Assembly (NCBI GenBank): GCA_019057475.1
Contig: DXJO01000010.1
Location: forward strand, 64,001-128,000
Direction of reading: 5' to 3'
From: Candidatus Thorarchaeota archaeon
GTDB lineage: Archaea; Asgardarchaeota; Thorarchaeia; Thorarchaeales; Thorarchaeaceae
Length of the DNA: 64,000 bases
The translations under genes were made by a program, and so were the position numbers. Below are positions 26,051-35,607 of this stretch, one piece after another (within the stretch, counting starts at the first letter, position 1; each line of letters starts with the position of its first letter). The notes under the pieces were generated by a model, which had not been told where the DNA came from, ran no database searches, and worked only from the letters and a program-made list of their open reading frames with translations.

Positions 26051-27448
26051 ATGAAATCCGCTAAGTCACTCCTTGTCAAGAACGGCTACATTCTCACAAT
26101 GAATCCCCGCAGGGAGATAATCCGAGATGGGACCGTGTACATCGAAGGTCAGAAGATTATAGAAGTGGGCAAGAGTGAAGCACTGAAGAGTCGAAAGGCG
26201 GAGGTTGAGATAGACGCCCGGAATATGATCGTGATGCCTGGGCTCATTGACACCCATGTTCATCTCGCTCAAGCGCTGATTCGGGGGTGTGCCGATGATG
26301 TCGCATTGGTTGATTGGTTGAAGAACTACGTCTGGGTGTTGCAGGGGAATTTCACACATGACGATGGCAGGGTGTCAGCAGAGCTCTGTATGGCCGAGAT
26401 GATAAAGACGGGCACTACCGCTTTCGTTGAGTGCATGATTCATACTCGGTACGGTTTCGATGGCATTGCGAAAGCGGTGGAACAGGCGGGAATGAGAGGT
26501 GCGCTTTCAAAGATAATCATGGACTCCACTGGATATGCCGATAGCCCCGACATCATGTATCCTGGAATGGTCGAAGATGCTGATGCCTGCTTGAAGGAAA
26601 CAGAAACTATGCTGGCGCGCTGGCATGGAAAAGCCGACGGACGGATTCAGGTGTGGTACGGACTACGATCTCTTGGTGCTGTTAGCGAAGAGCTGTTCAA
26701 GGATGTGGGAAGACGTACTAGGTCCCACAAGACGCAAATGACAATGCATCTGGGTGAGGTGCCCGACGATGTCAGATACGTCCGGCAGAACCACGATATG
26801 AGCCTCACAGAGTTTGCTGAGACGCAGGGGCTTCTGGGACCAGAGATGATATTCGCTCACGGGATTCATTTCGAGGAATCTGATCTCAAGCGGCTAGCTG
26901 AAACACGCTCCAACGTGAGTCACTGTCCTGCAAGCAACACGAAGCTGGCTTCAGGGTTTGCCAGGATTCCTCGCATGCTGGAACTTGGTGTACCTGTTTC
27001 ACTAGGTTGTGACGGCGGACCAAGTAATAACACGTATGACATGATTCGTGAGATGCGCCTTGCAGCACTAATCCATAAGCCAATTGCTAACGACCCGTTG
27101 GTTGTCAGTGCTGAAGAAGTCATTGAGATGGCAACTCTCGGTGGTGCAGTTGCTATGGGTATCTCCGATACTGTCGGCTCTCTGGAACCCGGTAAACATG
27201 CAGATCTGATTCTTGTGGACATGAGCGATTTGGGGCTCACTCCAAACACCAATCCTGTTTCCAATCTCGTCTATGCAGGGTCTGGTCATGCGGTAGATAC
27301 AGTAGTCGTGAATGGCAGACTGCTGATGAGAAACCGGGAACTACTGACCATGGATGAAACCGAGGTGAAGAAGAAGGCTCTTAGACATAGCAAGGATCTC
27401 ATAGAGCGAGCTGGCGTGGATATCAGTCCCAAGTGGCCTGTTCTCTAG
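26051..27448 (+). CDS. Amidohydrolase of the ATZ/TRZ, SsnA and nucleoside/nucleobase deaminase group
   Basis: DTHVHLAQ, MHLGE, AHGIH, HCPASN.KL.SG, LGCDG.PSNN. Confidence 0.92.
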   Translation: MKSAKSLLVKNGYILTMNPRREIIRDGTVYIEGQKIIEVGKSEALKSRKAEVEIDARNMIVMPGLIDTHVHLAQALIRGCADDVALVDWLKNYVWVLQGNFTHDDGRVSAELCMAEMIKTGTTAFVECMIHTRYGFDGIAKAVEQAGMRGALSKIIMDSTGYADSPDIMYPGMVEDADACLKETETMLARWHGKADGRIQVWYGLRSLGAVSEELFKDVGRRTRSHKTQMTMHLGEVPDDVRYVRQNHDMSLTEFAETQGLLGPEMIFAHGIHFEESDLKRLAETRSNVSHCPASNTKLASGFARIPRMLELGVPVSLGCDGGPSNNTYDMIREMRLAALIHKPIANDPLVVSAEEVIEMATLGGAVAMGISDTVGSLEPGKHADLILVDMSDLGLTPNTNPVSNLVYAGSGHAVDTVVVNGRLLMRNRELLTMDETEVKKKALRHSKDLIERAGVDISPKWPVL

Positions 27449-27459
27449 TAGTGATGGGC

Positions 27460-29055
27460 TTAGCTGAAGCCAGTGAGTGCCCAGTTGATGTGGTATACGG
27501 ACATAGCGTCCCTACCACAGATGATGTTATCATCGAGATCGACCCTATAGAGCGTGGTTAATGCGCCCCCGATATAACTCCCGAAGACCCAGAACCAGTC
27601 ATCGAAGAACACGATGTAGTCGCATCCCCTGTCGTACATGTATTGCAATGTTTCCCGTGTTGTCATGTTTCCGTGAACAATGTCGGGTGTGACCAGACCT
27701 ATTATGTCGATGACAGCCCTGTTCCCAAAGAACCTGACTGCTCCTGCATCGCAGATTGCCAAGACCGCATCCTCAGGAGTATTCTCCGCAATCCACTCGC
27801 CGATGGTCACCTGCATGTCATTGATGTTTTTCACAGCATTTCCAAAGGTCTGAGCCTGATGCGCGTAGAGCGGCTGCATGGGGACAATTAGGACTCCTAT
27901 GATGAAAATTACAGTCATAAACCTAGCACTCGTCTTGATGTCGGCATACTTCTTCAAACTCAGTGCCCATTCCAACATGAATGCGGTGCTCGTGATTGCG
28001 ACGACCAAGAATAGTGCGTGGGCGGGAATCAGATATCTAGTGTTGTTCACTAGGGACTGATACGGCATTGTAAACCTATAGAGGAGGGTCAGTGACCATG
28101 CTACAAGCCAAGGAAACGGCTTCCCTTTGATGGCAAGTACCAGACCGCTCCCGAATGCCACCCAGAGAAATGGCCATGAGCGCAGCCAATACCACCACCA
28201 TATATTCCAAGCCTCTACCCCAGCTTCGGTAGGAAGATGCACCTTCACGTAGAAAGTGTCTGGAAGTGGATATCCGGTGGCATTCAGGCAGTACAGTATC
28301 CACGGGAGAACAACTGCCAGAGAGATTGCACCCATGAGAAGGAATGAGCCCAGTCTTCGCCAGGATAGTTCGCGATGCCAAACCACCATCAGAAATCGCA
28401 CAGGAACGCAGATCAGCACAAGGATAACTCCCTCGGGTCTTGCCAGGTATGCCAGACCCAGAATGATACCAAGAATTGGATCGTACTTGATGTCCTTCTT
28501 ATCAAGAACGAAGACAGCGAGAACTAGCAGGAAGACGAAGATGGGCGCCTCCATGCCCGATAGCATAAGCCAAGTGTTGCCAGGTACTAGCACGAACCCT
28601 CCCATTGCCAAAAGGCTCCAAACCGGCTGGCCGGCGTAGTCTTGTGCAATCTTACCAACAACAAACGTGGAGGTAGCGTACAAGACTATCGCAATTACGT
28701 ACGTTCCCCAGATGATGTAGACTGGGTCATCTGTCAGAAAGAATAAGCTGGAGAGGATTATCGACCACAAGGGGCTCGTGGAACCAGTACTTGGGACGCC
28801 AGGCGAGTACTGCCAAGGGATACCCTCGTAGATGGTCCTTGCGTATTGAATGTGAATCCACGAGTCATCTAAAGGGAAACCGGGGTAGGTCCAGAGTTGC
28901 ATTGTAGAGATGTAGTGAATGCAAGTTGCCAACGTGACGAGGATTGAGAACATCAAGAGTCCTAGGTCGAGCTTGTGGACAGCAACCCAGTCCATGAACG
29001 CAGCTCGAACTCTCAGGACGAGTGCATTCCCGTTGGAATCCGGACTCTCCTCCAC
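27460..29055 (-). CDS. Multi-TM GT-C-type (arabinofuranosyltransferase-like) membrane protein
   Basis: DDSWIH..YAR...G..STGSTSPLW, SGME, LARPEG and DAGAV..F motifs. Confidence 0.7.
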   Translation of the reverse strand: MEESPDSNGNALVLRVRAAFMDWVAVHKLDLGLLMFSILVTLATCIHYISTMQLWTYPGFPLDDSWIHIQYARTIYEGIPWQYSPGVPSTGSTSPLWSIILSSLFFLTDDPVYIIWGTYVIAIVLYATSTFVVGKIAQDYAGQPVWSLLAMGGFVLVPGNTWLMLSGMEAPIFVFLLVLAVFVLDKKDIKYDPILGIILGLAYLARPEGVILVLICVPVRFLMVVWHRELSWRRLGSFLLMGAISLAVVLPWILYCLNATGYPLPDTFYVKVHLPTEAGVEAWNIWWWYWLRSWPFLWVAFGSGLVLAIKGKPFPWLVAWSLTLLYRFTMPYQSLVNNTRYLIPAHALFLVVAITSTAFMLEWALSLKKYADIKTSARFMTVIFIIGVLIVPMQPLYAHQAQTFGNAVKNINDMQVTIGEWIAENTPEDAVLAICDAGAVRFFGNRAVIDIIGLVTPDIVHGNMTTRETLQYMYDRGCDYIVFFDDWFWVFGSYIGGALTTLYRVDLDDNIICGRDAMSVYHINWALTGFS

Positions 29056-29136
29056 GCTACATCCTCCTAAGCTGATGCAGGCTCGGCAGTATCACCAAAT
29101 TAGTCTTTTGAACCTCACAATGGACGGTCCACATGC

Positions 29137-30366
29137 CTACGCAATTATGGCTTCTCTTTCGAACAGCTTTGCTCCGATGATCATGAATACAATCGTGAAT
29201 CCAAGAAGGTATGCGACATTCCCAAGCAGGCCGATGGGCGTGGCAGTACCTGACAGTACACCGTTAAGGAATATTATGGCATGGCTGAACGGAATCGCCA
29301 ACACAATGAGCCCGAATATACCTCCGTACTGAAGTATGCTTCCAGTGAAGCCTAGGATGCCTATGACCATTGTGGGGACGAGGAGTATGAGGTTGTTCAA
29401 GGACTCCGCTGTGGCCTGGTCCTTGGCAAGGCATGAGATCACCACTCCAATCCCAATGGCACATAGCAATACCAAGAACTGGACGAAAACTATCAGCGGC
29501 ACTGTATTCAGGTTGATTGAGTATAGATCGATGTATGCAGTTGCTTCTTGAGGCACAGTGCTCGTTGCACGAGTGATAACCAGCCAGTTGTACAGAACAA
29601 TCCCTACAACAGTGAATGCGGAGTAGATAGACGAGAGGAGCATACCTGCAGCAAGCTTTGCACCTAAAATCTTCAGCCTGCTCATTGGTACCACTAGAAG
29701 GGCTTCAAGAGTATGCTTCTCTCTCTCGCCCGCGAAGGATTTGCTCACATATGGCGACGGTGCTAGAACAGATGTTAGCATGACTAAAAAAATGGCGAGC
29801 TGGTGTCCATAGGATGCCTCAGCAGTAGTCGGAACTTCCCACGCAATCCGAAGGTTTCTCACGATTTGAATAGCGTTTATTTTGATCCTCGAGAACTCAG
29901 CCAATCTGGCAGCTGCGGCGGATGCCCGGAAGTTACCAGTATTGACAGCAATCTGGATAGTGCTATGGTTCGTTGTTTCAAGTATCTGGGTGAAGTTTGA
30001 TGGTATCCATAACCATACGGATGCTGTCCGGTTATCCCAGAGACTTTGACCAACAGACCTCTCCACGCGCACCAACTCCTCTATCAGGAGCAACTTGTCT
30101 GTCAGGTTGGCATTCTCAAGCGCAACCTGAGTGTCGATGGCGTCGTAGAGGATCTGTCCCCATCCTCCTCCATCATCAAGAGTGATGTACACGGTTTCAG
30201 GCTCTACGGCCTGCTCCACGATAAATCCGAGGAACATACCCTGAAACGTCCAAGCGAAGAGCGGACTGATGATGAAGCCAAGAAGCAGCCACCGCGAACG
30301 GAGAACAGACTTGATTTCCTTCCTTAGAATCCAGACAGTTTTCGAGTCGATTCTCATGCTCATCAT
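29137..30366 (-). CDS. ABC-2 type exporter permease (NatB-like)
   Basis: KEIKS.LR, GEREKHTLEALL..P...IL.AK, several TM helices. Confidence 0.9.
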   Translation of the reverse strand: MMSMRIDSKTVWILRKEIKSVLRSRWLLLGFIISPLFAWTFQGMFLGFIVEQAVEPETVYITLDDGGGWGQILYDAIDTQVALENANLTDKLLLIEELVRVERSVGQSLWDNRTASVWLWIPSNFTQILETTNHSTIQIAVNTGNFRASAAAARLAEFSRIKINAIQIVRNLRIAWEVPTTAEASYGHQLAIFLVMLTSVLAPSPYVSKSFAGEREKHTLEALLVVPMSRLKILGAKLAAGMLLSSIYSAFTVVGIVLYNWLVITRATSTVPQEATAYIDLYSINLNTVPLIVFVQFLVLLCAIGIGVVISCLAKDQATAESLNNLILLVPTMVIGILGFTGSILQYGGIFGLIVLAIPFSHAIIFLNGVLSGTATPIGLLGNVAYLLGFTIVFMIIGAKLFEREAIIA

Positions 30367-31127
30367 CCCTCGAATACGCCTTCTCCAGTCACAAGCCCCG
30401 TAAAGACCTCCTCAAGATTGGCGGCCTTGTACTTCTCCTCAAGCTCATTCGGCTTGCCTGTGGCTACCAGCCGCCCGTCGTTAAGAATTCCCACCCTGTG
30501 ACACAGTTCTGATACCTCGTTGAGGTCGTGTGTGGTCAACACAATCGTCCGCTTCTCTTCTGAGCTGAGCTTCTTCAGGAGGTTCCTGACGACTCGAGCC
30601 CCTATTGTGTCAATTCCGGTTGTAGGCTCGTCAAGGAATAATACCTCTGGCTCTATTACAAGCGCCCTTGCAACCAGAACCTTCCTTTTCATACCGCCGC
30701 TGAACCCCTTGACTTGGTAGTCCTCTTTCTCGCGTAAGCCGACGATGTCCAGTAGTCTGTCTGCTCGGCGGTGGAGCTCGTCTTCGGGGATACCATATAG
30801 GCCACCATAGTAAACGATGTTCTCGCGTGCAGTCAATCGCTCGTAGATCCCCGCTTCTTGGGGTAGAAGAGCTACTCTTGGCCGGATGTAATCTATGTCC
30901 TCGACGACATCTTTTCCCAACACCCAAGCTTGCCCCTCTGTGGGAGTCAAGAGACCCACCAGAACGCGGATGAGAGTTGTCTTCCCCGCTCCGTTCGGGC
31001 CAATCAGCCCAAAGACCTCCCCGCGGCCTATCTCAAGGTTGACATGGTCTAGTGCAGTGACCTCCCTCTTCTTGCCCTTCTCGAAAACCTTGGAGAGGTT
31101 CTCGGTCCTAATGACTATGTCATCCAT
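30363..31127 (-). CDS. ABC exporter ATP-binding subunit
   Basis: GPNGAGKTT, FSGGM, LFLDEPT, TTH. Confidence 0.97.
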   Translation of the reverse strand: MDDIVIRTENLSKVFEKGKKREVTALDHVNLEIGRGEVFGLIGPNGAGKTTLIRVLVGLLTPTEGQAWVLGKDVVEDIDYIRPRVALLPQEAGIYERLTARENIVYYGGLYGIPEDELHRRADRLLDIVGLREKEDYQVKGFSGGMKRKVLVARALVIEPEVLFLDEPTTGIDTIGARVVRNLLKKLSSEEKRTIVLTTHDLNEVSELCHRVGILNDGRLVATGKPNELEEKYKAANLEEVFTGLVTGEGVFEG

Positions 31128-31152
31128 GATTTGCGCATTCCTGTTCTGGTTG

Positions 31153-31920
31153 TTATTTAATGTGGTCTATCTTTGGAAAGGGCGGTTCCCCTTTCAGATC
31201 CAGCATGAACTTGTGGGCTCTATCGATGTTCTTGTCCTCTCCCTCTATGAAGAGAGTGATGCTACCTTCCGCACCATTGACGCCTCCCGCAGCGAAGGGG
31301 ATAGCTGAAACATCGAATAGCGCATCAATGGCCTCCATCTCGGTGAAGGCTATGCCCTCTGGCACTGCTATAACGCCAACTGGCGTTCCAATGGCGTAGT
31401 CCCAATCGTCTTTTCCGAATTGGCCAGCGAAATCATCATAGGCGACGGGGATGTTCTTCTCGAGACCTATCGGCATAATTATCGTGATATTCTTTGAAGC
31501 CGCAGTGCCGAGGAAGGAACCGACTGTTCCTCCGGTTGGACTTGCCAGGAGAACGACCGGAGTGTAGTCTGCATCTAAGGCATTTGCGCTCTTGATAATC
31601 ACGTCGTCTGGTCCCAACTCCTCTAGGACATCAATGATCTTCTTGCCTTTGAGATGCTTCCCCTTGTGAAAGATTGCGTCGGAAGATCTGCTCTCAGCTT
31701 CGGTTACTGACAATCCCTGAGGCAAAACCACACCAGCTATGTGTCGTGTCTTGTCGTATTCTCCTAGTATCTCTTCCACGAGATAGGAGGAGGTTGTACC
31801 CAGAGTCACGCAGAGGTAACCGTTCTTCAGGGCTTCCTTAACCGTATCTGTGGCAAGGAGGCCTCTCGCGATTAGCCTCTTACTCTCGGCCGGTGTCAGT
31901 GTCACAAGCAGCTTCTTCAT
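31153..31920 (-). CDS. Conserved hypothetical protein (TLTPAESKRLIA family)
   Basis: Start set at ATG 31920 after GAGGAG; GTT, IKSANALD, GGT.G, PIGLEK, AGG..GAEG motifs. Confidence 0.75.
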   Translation of the reverse strand: MKKLLVTLTPAESKRLIARGLLATDTVKEALKNGYLCVTLGTTSSYLVEEILGEYDKTRHIAGVVLPQGLSVTEAESRSSDAIFHKGKHLKGKKIIDVLEELGPDDVIIKSANALDADYTPVVLLASPTGGTVGSFLGTAASKNITIIMPIGLEKNIPVAYDDFAGQFGKDDWDYAIGTPVGVIAVPEGIAFTEMEAIDALFDVSAIPFAAGGVNGAEGSITLFIEGEDKNIDRAHKFMLDLKGEPPFPKIDHIK

Positions 31921-32064
31921 CGTATCAATCTCCTCGTTATTCTCGTGATGCTGTCCATTTGAATTTGTAGGCTCCGATTTTCTCCAGATATGGTTATCTT
32001 TTTGCACACGGTTCTTGGCGCGCTTCCACGAAGCCTTTTACGAGGAAGCTACATTCCTAGCACG

Positions 32065-33057
32065 ATGCCCATGGCAGGAACAAGCCTCTTTGACTTGGGA
32101 GCTACAGGCGTGGAGAGAATCCTCGAGACCGCACAATCAGTTCTAGAAACCGGTTTCTCTACGATTGTGAAGCACATGCATACGCTCCGCGTAGTGGGGA
32201 CCTTCCTGCACAATGCTCCGTCCTACGAACGGACAGTAGCCCAAGCAACCGCAGCTCGGCTTTATTCTTCTCATATCGACCTGAACATCCACAGAGAATA
32301 CGCCCTGTCTGATTATGAGCTTCTGAGTGAGATTACCATGGCCAGCTCTGCCACGGATCTACTGCTGACATCCTATACGGACCCTCAGGCTTTCGGTGAT
32401 GGACGGCGGCTCACTGAAAAACTCCCGAGTGTCATAGGCAAGCCCATGATAAGTCTGGCAGACGATATCTATGCCCATCAGTCTGCCCTTGCTGAGCTAG
32501 CCTCCGTCCGATATAATCTCGACCGAATTGAGGGTCGTCGCATCGTCATATGTTGGGGATTTGGCTCAAGGTTCGTCTTGCCTCGGACACCCCATAGCTT
32601 GCTGATTCTGGGTGCTATGCTTGGCGCTGAGATGAGAGTTGCAGCTCCCCCTGGGTTTTCTCTTGTCAGAAGAGCAGTGCGTGAGGCCCGGAAGCGTTCA
32701 AGGACAACGAGCATAGTCATCGAAGAGGTTGACAGCTTCGAGGGCGCTTTCGAAGATGCGGATGCAGTGTTTGCTCTCAACTGGGGTCGACTGGACAACT
32801 TCAATCACCCTGAGCGCAATGCTGAGGACGCCAGTCCATTCAAGGATTGGTTCCTGACTGGAAACATGCTTCCCAAGAACTGTCTGTTTGCTACAGAACC
32901 TCCAGTACAGGATGACCTCATTGCTGGTGGAGAGCTGCTTCAGAGCAATAGGAATGTGACCCCGACCTGGTTGAGCCGAAGAGTCGCAGTGTTGGCAGCA
33001 TCGATTCTGCATGTCCTCCAGAACAGTAAGGCGGACGTTCCGGCCGCTCTCGTATGA
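32065..33057 (+). CDS. Ornithine/YgeW-type carbamoyltransferase homologue with degenerate catalytic motifs
   Basis: GRRIVICW, VAAPPGF.L, F..AFEDADAVFA.NW, KDW layout; STRT, HPxQ and HCLP not conserved; start 32065 or 32071. Confidence 0.78.
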   Translation: MPMAGTSLFDLGATGVERILETAQSVLETGFSTIVKHMHTLRVVGTFLHNAPSYERTVAQATAARLYSSHIDLNIHREYALSDYELLSEITMASSATDLLLTSYTDPQAFGDGRRLTEKLPSVIGKPMISLADDIYAHQSALAELASVRYNLDRIEGRRIVICWGFGSRFVLPRTPHSLLILGAMLGAEMRVAAPPGFSLVRRAVREARKRSRTTSIVIEEVDSFEGAFEDADAVFALNWGRLDNFNHPERNAEDASPFKDWFLTGNMLPKNCLFATEPPVQDDLIAGGELLQSNRNVTPTWLSRRVAVLAASILHVLQNSKADVPAALV

Positions 33058-33101
33058 CTCACAGACCTTTTATCATGTAGCCGCACATCCGTTCTACAAT
33101 C

Positions 33102-34205
33102 ATGTGGCGCTTGCTACGTCCTGATGCAACCAGTGTCTGGAAGAATCCTGAAGCTTTGAAGAGGCTTCGCCGCTACCGAGGAATCATCGATATGGAGCGG
33201 TGGGCAAAGTATGTCCTCTCAAAGGATATTGAGTGTGATGTGGATTTCACTGAACCAACTGAAAGCCTGTGGGAACGCCATGCTGCCCTATCAAAGCAGA
33301 TGACGGAGTACTTGGAGCGGATTGATGGGGGCGGCAAGCGCGTGAGCACTGATGAAGCTCCTGAAGTCAGCTTCTTGGACCTCAAAGTGGAACTGACGAA
33401 ACGGATTCTGCAGGAATGTCACTTCTGCGAGCGGAAGTGTGGAGCTGATAGGACGCGCGACGAAAAGGGTTGGTGTAAGCTCGGGGCAGAATCAAGAGTT
33501 TCGTCGGTGTTCTTGCACACGGGTGAGGAAGCTCCCCTTGTTCCAAGCGGGACCATCTTCTTTGCATCCTGCTGCTTCGGTTGTGTGTTCTGTCAGAATA
33601 GCGATATCTCAACAGACCCAAACTCAGGCTCCGTCGTGACATCAGATCAGTTGGCAGCTCTTGCAGAGAGGCTATTCCGGGATGGCGCCCTGAACATCAA
33701 CTATGTGGGTGGAGACCCCATCCCCAATACTCACACGATAATCGCTTCGCTGAAGAACCAAACATCGAACGTGACCCAGCTATGGAACTCCAATCTCTAT
33801 TGCTCAGAGGACACAATGAAGCTGCTTGTTGACATCTTTGACGTGTGGCTTCCAGACTTCAAGTACGGGAATGATGAGTGTGCCTTGCGACTATCAGGCG
33901 TCAAGGACTACTTCCCAGTCGTGTCGCGGAATCATCTGATGGCGTACAATCACGGGGAGGTGATTATCAGACATCTGGTAATGCCTGGTCATCTGGAGTG
34001 TTGTACGTTTCCGATTCTGGAATGGATCTCAGAGAATATGCCAAACTGCATGGTCAACATCATGGGTCAATACAGGCCCGAGCATCGTGTTCTCAAGGAT
34101 CCAGAACGATACTCTGACATTGCTCGGGGGGTTTCAAGGGAGGAGATGCAAACCGCCTTCGATAAGGCCAAGCAATTAGGCATATGCTGGAAACCGGTCA
34201 GTTAG
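33102..34205 (+). CDS. Radical SAM protein, PflX-like
   Basis: CHFCERKC..GWC, H.GEE..L.PSGTIFF, CCFGCVFCQN, LPDFKYGN, IRHLVMPGH. Confidence 0.92.
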   Translation: MWRLLRPDATSVWKNPEALKRLRRYRGIIDMERWAKYVLSKDIECDVDFTEPTESLWERHAALSKQMTEYLERIDGGGKRVSTDEAPEVSFLDLKVELTKRILQECHFCERKCGADRTRDEKGWCKLGAESRVSSVFLHTGEEAPLVPSGTIFFASCCFGCVFCQNSDISTDPNSGSVVTSDQLAALAERLFRDGALNINYVGGDPIPNTHTIIASLKNQTSNVTQLWNSNLYCSEDTMKLLVDIFDVWLPDFKYGNDECALRLSGVKDYFPVVSRNHLMAYNHGEVIIRHLVMPGHLECCTFPILEWISENMPNCMVNIMGQYRPEHRVLKDPERYSDIARGVSREEMQTAFDKAKQLGICWKPVS

Positions 34206-34366
34206 GATATTGAGCAGCTGGTGCAAAGTTGGACACACCTGGACAATTCTATTGTAGTCTTCATATGGATTGGTGCGACATGCAGTAATGAGGAAATAGC
34301 CGGAATTAATGTCAGAAGATACTATCTGTTGCCCAGAACTCGCTCATTTAAAACAGCCAGAGTGGC

Positions 34367-34399
34367 ATTTAAATCCGCTCGTGCACATACATATACGAG
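34367..34399 (+). promoter_or_regulatory. Putative vapBC promoter/operator
   Basis: ATTTAAAT (34367-34374) then inverted repeat CTCGT...ACGAG (34378-34399) just before vapB. Confidence 0.35.
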
Positions 34400-34408
34400 G
34401 ACTGGACT

Positions 34409-34654
34409 ATGGGATATAAGACCATCTCACTTTCAGAGAAAGCCTATGAGATGCTCAGGAAGATGAAACGAGAGAATGAGAGCTTTAGTCAGGTGGTGAT
34501 TAGATTGTCTAACAGGAAGACTCTGAATGACTTCATCCGCTGTATATCGGAGAACTCCTCAGAGAAGCTCGTAGATGCACTTAGGACGTTCCGTGATGAG
34601 AGAGGTAGAGTATGGTCCGAAAGCATGGAAGAGCTACTCGGTGAACAGAATTGA
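34409..34654 (+). CDS. vapB: Archaeal VapB-type antitoxin
   Basis: KTISLSEKAYE.L..MK..NESFS.VV.RL; coupled to a PIN toxin. Confidence 0.88.
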   Translation: MGYKTISLSEKAYEMLRKMKRENESFSQVVIRLSNRKTLNDFIRCISENSSEKLVDALRTFRDERGRVWSESMEELLGEQN

Positions 34655-35043
34655 TTGCAGATACAAGCTTCATCATTGACCTCATGAGGGGAGATAAGGC
34701 TGCCTTGGATAAGCTGAGCGAGATAGTTGACAGAGGGCTTGGCCACCACATTGCATCCCCGACAGTGATGGAGCTTGCAGTGGGTGTTTCAATGGCCGAA
34801 CTGCCCAGGAAAGAGAGAGAGAAAATCGAGGAAATTATTGAGGGGTTCCAAATCCTTCCGCTCGACTCGATCAGTGCATGGCGTGCCGGAGTTGAGCTCG
34901 GGAAACTGAGGAAGGTGGGAATGCCTCTCGATCCCATAGACGCCCAGATTGCTGGTATTGCACTCCAAAACGATGATGTCATTGTGACACGAAATCCGAA
35001 GCATTTTGAGAGATTTAGAGGGCTGAAAGTAGAAACATACTAG
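34651..35043 (+). CDS. vapC: VapC PIN-domain toxin
   Basis: IADTSFIID, EL, DAQIAGIA, VTRN.KHF. Confidence 0.94.
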   Translation: MIADTSFIIDLMRGDKAALDKLSEIVDRGLGHHIASPTVMELAVGVSMAELPRKEREKIEEIIEGFQILPLDSISAWRAGVELGKLRKVGMPLDPIDAQIAGIALQNDDVIVTRNPKHFERFRGLKVETY

Positions 35044-35291
35044 CGTTCTGGGTTGCAAACAGCTGCAGCAAAGTTAGATATATCTGGATGATTCCATTGT
35101 AGGCTTTATGTAGACCAATTCGACAGTGGTTTCTGAGGAACATGACACACCTGTGAAGGGTCCTCACGGAGTAGTCCAGTGACGTTTCCTAGACGTACTA
35201 GACTTCAGTGTCCATCTTTGTGCAACCTACAATGAACGGTCATGTCACAAGACTCTAAAACCATGATACAGATGAACACCTGTTGGTAGCC

Positions 35292-35525
35292 ATGTGTCTT
35301 GCAGTTCCTGGACTTGTCGAGAGCATAGAAGACGACTATGCTGATGTTGACTTTGGTGGAGTCCGAAAGAAGGTGTGCGTGACCCTGCTTCCTGGTCTTG
35401 AGGTGGGCGAGTACGTTATCGTACACACAGGATATGCAATAGAGCGGATGAAACCCGAGGAAGCAAAGAAGACACTGGCTCTCTGGGATGAGATGGCAGA
35501 GATGGCTGCCAAGATGGAGAAGTAG
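35292..35525 (+). CDS. hypC: [NiFe]-hydrogenase maturation chaperone HypC
   Basis: MCLAVPG...VDFGGV...VGEYVIVHTGYAI; start at ATG 35292. Confidence 0.96.
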   Translation: MCLAVPGLVESIEDDYADVDFGGVRKKVCVTLLPGLEVGEYVIVHTGYAIERMKPEEAKKTLALWDEMAEMAAKMEK

Positions 35526-35607
35526 ATTTCATCCGCGTTTTCTTGGCATCCGGAACTCACGGAGTAAGCCTTTTCAATTAGCACGATTCCAGTCCGCCTG
35601 ATGCCAA

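Noticed and set aside
31921-32064. Apparent head-to-head overlap of ORFs 31153-32007 and 31990-33057
   Set aside because: Both have better downstream starts (31920 and 32065/32071), leaving an ordinary divergent gap.
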